Under the pieces are notes generated by a model. The model searched no databases, was not told where the DNA came from, and saw only the letters and a program-made list of their open reading frames with translations. This document shows positions 26,723-32,000 of a stretch of DNA of 32,000 nucleotides, one piece after another. The stretch covers positions 2,850,001-2,882,000 of the forward strand of contig NZ_CP011304.1 in the NCBI RefSeq assembly GCF_000981785.2, in the 5' to 3' direction. The translations under genes were made by a program, and so were the position numbers. Each line of letters begins with the position of its first letter. The first letter of the stretch is position 1. The stretch is from Microcystis aeruginosa NIES-2549 (GTDB lineage Bacteria > Cyanobacteriota > Cyanobacteriia > Cyanobacteriales > Microcystaceae).

Positions 26723-27484
26723 ATGGAAGTTATCCCCGCTATTGATATTCTCGATGGCAAATGTGTGCGACTTTATCAGGGAGATTACCAACAATCGCAG
26801 GTTTTTAACGATAATCCCGCAATAGTGGCGCGAGAATGGGTCAATCAGGGGGCAACCAGATTACATTTAGTTGATTTGGATGGAGCTAAAGAGGGTAAAT
26901 CGGTTAATTTGTCAACTATTGAAACAATTCTTAATGATATTGCCATTCCCGTGCAGGTGGGGGGTGGACTGCGAGATCTAGAAACGGTGAGTAATCTCCT
27001 GAAAATCGGGGTAGAAAAGGCGATTTTAGGGACAGTAGCCGTAGAAAAGCCGGAATTAGTCAGCGAACTTTGTCAAAGCTTTCCGGGGCAAATAATTGTC
27101 GGTATTGATGCTCGCGATGGCAAAGTAGCCACGCGGGGTTGGTTAGAAACTTCCGAGGTAGAGGCGATCGCTCTTGGTCAAGATATGGCAAAAAGAGGAG
27201 CCAGCACGATTATCTACACTGATATTCATCGAGATGGCACCCTTTCTGGTCCTAATCTCGCCGCTTTGCGAGAATTAGCCGAATCTGTCGAAATTCCCGT
27301 GATCGCCTCTGGGGGCATTAGTTCCCTGACAGACCTACTGAGTTTATTGTCTTTGGAACCTTTAGGAGTAACGGGAGTAATCGTGGGCCGCGCTCTTTAT
27401 ACCGGTGCGGTTAACCTCTCGGAAGCGATTAACGCCATCGGTTCGGGCCGTTGGCAGGATGTACCCCCGAATTTTTTCGTTTAA
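26723..27484 (+). CDS. hisA: 1-(5-phosphoribosyl)-5-[(5-phosphoribosylamino)methylideneamino]imidazole-4-carboxamide isomerase
   Basis: 253 aa. Contains [31 protein letters not shown], and the GGGLR and ASGGIS phosphate-binding loops of HisA. Confidence 0.94.
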   Translation: MEVIPAIDILDGKCVRLYQGDYQQSQVFNDNPAIVAREWVNQGATRLHLVDLDGAKEGKSVNLSTIETILNDIAIPVQVGGGLRDLETVSNLLKIGVEKAILGTVAVEKPELVSELCQSFPGQIIVGIDARDGKVATRGWLETSEVEAIALGQDMAKRGASTIIYTDIHRDGTLSGPNLAALRELAESVEIPVIASGGISSLTDLLSLLSLEPLGVTGVIVGRALYTGAVNLSEAINAIGSGRWQDVPPNFFV

Positions 27485-29250
27485 CGGACTTGTTTGAGAG
27501 TATCCACCTGTTTATTGAACATATCGGTAAATAGTCCCAAAACGGTGCGATTTTCATTGACTTTGATGTTAACGCTCACGGACATCCCCGATTGCAGCGG
27601 TAGAGTGGATTGATCTTTCAAAACTAAATCTTGACTGTTCAAGCGTACCCGGACGGGGAACCGATAAAAACGGTGATTTTCGTCGGGAGGTAGAGCATCG
27701 GAACCGATCGAGATTACTTCTCCCTTAATATCGCCGTATTCACTGTAGGAAAAGGAATCAATGCGAATATCGGCCTTTTGTCCCACGCGCACAAAACCGA
27801 TGTCTTGGTTAGTCACGTCCACCTCTGCCACTAAACAACCTTTAGCGGCATCTTTCACCTCAGTGGGACAGCCATCGGGAACAAGTTTTAATAATGCTTC
27901 CGCTTGACTTGGTTGGGGAACAAACCCGGGCCGGGCCTTGAGATCGAAGACCACACCATCAATCGGGGCGGTAATTTTTTGATATTTAATCGTCTGTTGT
28001 GCTTGACTAATTTCACTATCTAACTCAGCAATGCGCTTGTTATTATCAATGATAACGCGACTGATCTGACTATCGATTTCAGCGATCCGTTTGTAATTGT
28101 CCGCCATTTTATCGCGCACATCTTTTTCCGTGATTACCGTGGTATTAATCAGCTTTTCTCGCGCTTGGGAGATCAACAGGAAATAACGCTTTTCTTCCTG
28201 TTCCAGGCGGGAAATTTCGGCGATGCGGGTTTGTACTTCTTTCTCTTGTTTTTCTCGATCGATTTTGCCGTTAGCCTCTTGCTGCTGCAGTTCATTCTGG
28301 CGGTCAGTGACCGACTGTCTTTGCTTGTTGATCTGATAACGGGCGACCGCTCCTTCTTCTTCCAAGGGTTCAATATCCTTAAGAATATTACGCTCGATAT
28401 CCAAGCTTTCTTCGCCCTGTTTCATCGCATTGGCATTACGAGTCTTAATTTCTTCTAAGACGAAGCGATCATTGATTAATTGCGAGCGGGCATCGGCCAA
28501 CTGTACCCTGGTTTGGGCCAATTGTTTTTCTAATTGTTCCATTTCCAATCTAGCAGCCGCTTGTCGAGAATTGGCCTCCCGTTGGGCCGCCTCTAAACGA
28601 GCTAATTGCTCCCCTTGTAAAGCAGAGCTAGAGGCAACTTCACTGACCTGTGCTTGATAAAGTTGATTTTCTGCCACCAAAGCGGCACGATTACGCGCTA
28701 AATCGGCGATTTCACTCGGTAATTTTAATTGAGTGATCGAACTTTCCACTTGTGCCGGCGTCAGATCCTGCGCCATTAAGAGACGATAGAATTGATTTTC
28801 CTTCTCGGCAGTGGCGCGAATTGTTCTCAAAGATTCCAACTGCACTTTCGAGGCACTGGAATCCATTAAAACCAGTACATCACCTTTGTTAACTCGATCG
28901 CCGTCTTTAACTGTAACTTCCTGTACTACCCCATTCACCGGTGATTGTACTTCTTGCACTTTGCCCTGGGGTTTAAGTTGTCCTTGGGCGCCCACCACCT
29001 GCTCGATTTTGGCGAATGCTGACCAAATTAAAGCGGCAGTGGTGACACTCATTAATGTCCAGATAATCGTCCGCGACCAAATGGGCGATTGTTTCAGGAT
29101 CACCGATTGTTCCGGTGGGCTGAAAGTGGGTAAAGAAGGGGTAATACTTTTATTTTTCGTGGTAGTAGCCACGTTTTTACCCGCTTGGGTCAGTTCATCG
29201 CTTTTACCGTTGCCGTTGCCGTTGTGGCCGTTGTTAGAATTACCGTTCAT
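27481..29250 (-). CDS. HlyD-family type I secretion periplasmic adaptor (membrane fusion protein)
   Basis: 589 aa. Has one N-terminal TM helix ([18 protein letters not shown]), a lipoyl-like hairpin ([14 protein letters not shown]), a long coiled coil and a C-terminal beta-barrel. AGGAGA precedes the ATG. It lies directly downstream of the ABC exporter gene. Confidence 0.88.
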   Translation of the reverse strand: MNGNSNNGHNGNGNGKSDELTQAGKNVATTTKNKSITPSLPTFSPPEQSVILKQSPIWSRTIIWTLMSVTTAALIWSAFAKIEQVVGAQGQLKPQGKVQEVQSPVNGVVQEVTVKDGDRVNKGDVLVLMDSSASKVQLESLRTIRATAEKENQFYRLLMAQDLTPAQVESSITQLKLPSEIADLARNRAALVAENQLYQAQVSEVASSSALQGEQLARLEAAQREANSRQAAARLEMEQLEKQLAQTRVQLADARSQLINDRFVLEEIKTRNANAMKQGEESLDIERNILKDIEPLEEEGAVARYQINKQRQSVTDRQNELQQQEANGKIDREKQEKEVQTRIAEISRLEQEEKRYFLLISQAREKLINTTVITEKDVRDKMADNYKRIAEIDSQISRVIIDNNKRIAELDSEISQAQQTIKYQKITAPIDGVVFDLKARPGFVPQPSQAEALLKLVPDGCPTEVKDAAKGCLVAEVDVTNQDIGFVRVGQKADIRIDSFSYSEYGDIKGEVISIGSDALPPDENHRFYRFPVRVRLNSQDLVLKDQSTLPLQSGMSVSVNIKVNENRTVLGLFTDMFNKQVDTLKQVR

Positions 29251-29304
29251 GAAGATTCTCCTATATTTATTTTTTCAGTGTTGCCAAAGGCACGGCGTAG
29301 CCGT

Positions 29305-29383
29305 CCAGTGAACAGTAAACAGTAATCAGTGAACCGATAACCGTTTACTGATAACTGATAACTGATAACTGATAACTGACTGA
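29305..29383. repeat. heptamer-repeat palindromic element between the ABC exporter and HlyD genes
   Basis: Eleven units in one phase: CCAGTGA ACAGTAA ACAGTAA TCAGTGA ACCGATA ACCGTTT ACTGATA x4 ACTGACT. The two halves are roughly complementary. The array ends at the ABC stop codon (29384-29386). Confidence 0.88.
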
Positions 29384-32000
29384 CTAGATTTGCGAATCCT
29401 GTTGTTTATAGAGGGTATAGTAAAGGCCTTTTTTGGCCATTAATTCCTCGTGGGTGCCTTCCTCCGCTACTGTCCCTTTATCCATCATGACAATAACATC
29501 GGCGGATTTAATCGAAGCTAAACGATGGGTGATAAAGAAGACCGTATGATCCTTGAAAGCTTCTTTGAGATTCAGACACACTTGCCGTTCGGTATTATAG
29601 TCGAGGGCGCTGGTGGCCTCATCAAGAATGAGAATTTGCGGTCTTTGCAGGACGGAACGAGCGATCGCAACCCGTTGTCGTTGTCCCCCGGATAGGGATG
29701 CCCCCCGTTCACCGACGCGGGTATTATAGCCATTGGGTAGGGTCATAATAAATTCGTGGGCTGCAGCTGCTCTCGCTGCCGAGACAATTTCCTCCACAGT
29801 CGCATCGGGGTTAGTCAGGGCGATATTTTCCTGTACCGTACCGTCAAATAATAGGGTTTCTTGGGGAACCATGCCGATTTGACGACGCAGGGAATAGAGT
29901 TCCACTTTGTTGATATCATAGCCATCGATGAGAATCCGTCCCGATTCTGGTTCGTAGAGACGGGCCAATAGTTTAGTGATGGTACTTTTCCCGGCGCCAC
30001 TTTCTCCCACCAAAGCGACAAAGGTGCCGGCGGGGAATTCTAAATTGACGTTGTATAGTTGCAGGGCGCCGTGGGGATTGAAGCGGAAAGCGAGGTTTTC
30101 GTAGGTGACATGGCCTTTAATTAAGGGCATGGGTATATTTTGGCGATCAAGTTCCGCTTCTTGGGGAGTATCGACGATATCGGCTAATCTTTCCAGGGAT
30201 AAGCCGGTTTCTTGGAAGTTTTGCCAGAGTTGGGTCAAACGCAGAATCGGCGAGGTAACGTAGGAAGCGATAATCCGGAAGGCGATTAATTGACCAAGGG
30301 TGAGTTTTTGGTCCAAAACTAAGGCCGCCCCCACCCACAGCACTAATAAACCCGATAATTGGTTAAAGAAGTGACTAAAGGAACCGGCCAAAGTGGAGGT
30401 CATTACCGTTTGAAAACCTTCGGCCACATAGCGCGCATAACGTTCTTGCCACTGCCAACGGGAACGCAATTCGATATTCTGTGCTTTCACCGTTTGAATT
30501 CCCGTCATTACCTCCACTAGATAGGATTGGGTTTCGGCATTTCGTTCGGCTTTTGCTCGCAGTTGTCGCCGCACGATCGGTGCGAAAATAGCTGTGGAGA
30601 GAACTAAAATCGGCACGACTCCCAGGGCCCAAACGGTTAGGATCGGGCTATAGATCAACATAACCACGATGTAGATAACCGAGAAAATGGCATCTAACAC
30701 CACTGTTAGGGCTGTCCCCGTTAAAAATTGCCGAATATTCTCTAATTCGTTGATTCTTGTCGAAATTTCCCCCACTGGCCGCCGTTCAAAGTATTTCAGG
30801 GGTAAGCGCAGCAGGTGATCGATAATTTCTGAACCAAGGGTCATGTCGATGCGGTTAGTGGTATCGACAAACAGGGATGTTCTCAAAAAGGTTAAAATTC
30901 CCTCAAAAACGGCAATTACCAAGAGGAAAACCCCGAGGGTGTTCAGAGTTTCCGGGCTATTCTGCACGATCACTTTATCGATGATCACCTGAATCATCAA
31001 GGGATTGGCCAGGGCAAATAACTGCACGAAGAAAGAAGCAATAAAAACTTCTATTAAGACTCGTTTATGTTTCTTGACAGAAGGCCAAAACCATGATAGG
31101 CCAAAACGCTGTTGCTGGGTGTGTTTGGTGGGTTTAAGCAGAATTACTTCCCCTTTTTCGCCCCAAGATTCCAGAAATTCGCTGGTTTTGCGTTTAATTA
31201 TCCCCCGTTCGGGAACGGCGATCGTGGTTTCCCGTTGATTAATTTCGTAGAGGATAACGATGCTATCTTGCCAGCGAATTAGGGCAGGAGGGTTGATATT
31301 GGGCAAGGAAGAAGCATTTAGGGGTACTAATTGGCTATCGAGTCCTACTACCTCGGCCACAGCCCCACACAGGGGCAGGGAAAGGCTGCCAGTTCTTTGC
31401 AGTTGATCCCCTAGAATGCGTTGGATCACGTCCTTGCGAAAGGGGATATTAAAATATTTGCAGAGCATCTGAAAACAGGCACTCACCGCTTCTAGTTCCG
31501 TTTTTCCCCTGAAAAAAGGATAGGATTTGCCGTTTTTCTTGACAGTTTTTTCAAGGTCGATATCGCTGGTGATGTCGCTTATTCTTCCTTGGGGGATATC
31601 TAATACCTGGGTGGGTTTATTTCCCTTGATGACTTGGGTTTCTAGGATATCATCCGTTTCTGTTGCTGCGGCCGCTTCGGTTTCCACTGTCAAGAATTCA
31701 TCTAACTGGTCGGAGGAAAGACCTAATAATCTGGTGTTAGTCAGATTATTCTGGGTGATAACTGTGCCGATAGGATAATTATCGGTATTTTCGCTGACTA
31801 ACCAGAGATAATCATCGTCAATCTGGTTGTAGGACACACAAGCTTTGTTTAAAAGAGCCTGAGCAATTTCTTTGAGGTCGCCCCCACCCCAGGCCTGTTG
31901 ATTAAGATAGGAGCCTAGGACAGCATAAACTTCAGCGATCGAGCTTTGTTTAAAGAAATATTGCTTAAATTCAGGATAATTATTGATTAAAGACCAAAAA
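29384..32000 (-). CDS. type I secretion ABC transporter with an N-terminal C39-like (apparently inactive) peptidase domain; N-terminus beyond the window
   Basis: Walker A GESGAGKST, signature LSGGQRQR, Walker B ILILDEATSALD, and six TM helices. The C39-like region reads ELEAVSACFQMLCKYF, where active peptidases have (D/E)CGxxC. The listed start at 31837 is GTG, and my hand translation shows the frame open through 31999, so the gene is 5'-partial. Confidence 0.9.
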   Translation of the reverse strand, partial: FWSLINNYPEFKQYFFKQSSIAEVYAVLGSYLNQQAWGGGDLKEIAQALLNKACVSYNQIDDDYLWLVSENTDNYPIGTVITQNNLTNTRLLGLSSDQLDEFLTVETEAAAATETDDILETQVIKGNKPTQVLDIPQGRISDITSDIDLEKTVKKNGKSYPFFRGKTELEAVSACFQMLCKYFNIPFRKDVIQRILGDQLQRTGSLSLPLCGAVAEVVGLDSQLVPLNASSLPNINPPALIRWQDSIVILYEINQRETTIAVPERGIIKRKTSEFLESWGEKGEVILLKPTKHTQQQRFGLSWFWPSVKKHKRVLIEVFIASFFVQLFALANPLMIQVIIDKVIVQNSPETLNTLGVFLLVIAVFEGILTFLRTSLFVDTTNRIDMTLGSEIIDHLLRLPLKYFERRPVGEISTRINELENIRQFLTGTALTVVLDAIFSVIYIVVMLIYSPILTVWALGVVPILVLSTAIFAPIVRRQLRAKAERNAETQSYLVEVMTGIQTVKAQNIELRSRWQWQERYARYVAEGFQTVMTSTLAGSFSHFFNQLSGLLVLWVGAALVLDQKLTLGQLIAFRIIASYVTSPILRLTQLWQNFQETGLSLERLADIVDTPQEAELDRQNIPMPLIKGHVTYENLAFRFNPHGALQLYNVNLEFPAGTFVALVGESGAGKSTITKLLARLYEPESGRILIDGYDINKVELYSLRRQIGMVPQETLLFDGTVQENIALTNPDATVEEIVSAARAAAAHEFIMTLPNGYNTRVGERGASLSGGQRQRVAIARSVLQRPQILILDEATSALDYNTERQVCLNLKEAFKDHTVFFITHRLASIKSADVIVMMDKGTVAEEGTHEELMAKKGLYYTLYKQQDSQI

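Noticed and set aside
28811-29311. 166-aa ORF antisense to the hlyD-family gene, and other embedded or antisense ORFs (1083-1313, 4165-4437, 4846-5043, 5577-5762, 5786-6022, 8659-9451, 10494-10712, 11609-11923, 13709-13921, 14352-14603, 15505-15729, 16133-16327, 17960-18193, 18532-18735, 19048-19330, 20170-20887, 21729-22292, 23079-23303, 25881-26126, 28165-28657, 29815-30632, 31005-31778)
   Set aside because: All lie inside or overlap strongly supported genes. Their composition is Cys/Ser/Arg-rich or low-complexity, typical of off-frame translation, and they carry no recognisable motifs.

Overview
The window is a cyanobacterial chromosomal segment. This is supported by the photosynthesis and respiration genes ndhD, chlB and psbH, and by at least 9 copies of the HIP1 octamer GCGATCGC (3409, 11851, 11937, 12117, 15016, 23377, 24927, 27164, 29661). 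Pervasive CTGATAA/TTATCAG heptamer arrays suggest a Microcystis-like genome, but that is a recollection-based inference, not a search result. About 24 CDS can be supported. Most are housekeeping genes: ndhD (partial), trmL, chlB, lipA, grxD, dnaX, narB, sodB, psbH, tatA, glgB and hisA. Three regions look accessory. (i) 1.4-5.3 kb holds a solitary m5C DNA methyltransferase, a small RHH-like protein, a FimT/GspH-like pseudopilin and an orphan ParA-like ATPase. (ii) 21.1-26.7 kb holds decayed IS630- and IS982-family transposase remnants, an HTTM-DCC fusion membrane protein, and a LuxR-solo plus PD40-lipoprotein cassette. (iii) 27.5-32.0 kb holds a type I secretion pair: a HlyD-family adaptor and an ABC exporter with a degenerate C39-like domain that runs off the window. 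I found no tRNA, rRNA or CRISPR array, and no canonical defence system beyond the orphan methyltransferase. The least-explained structure is non-coding. A family of heptamer-repeat elements sits exactly against stop and start codons in a gene-relative orientation. Two inverted copies of about 135 bp bracket the LuxR/PD40 cassette, and each copy is split by a different MITE-like insertion. All functional calls rest on motif recognition by eye; no database search was run.
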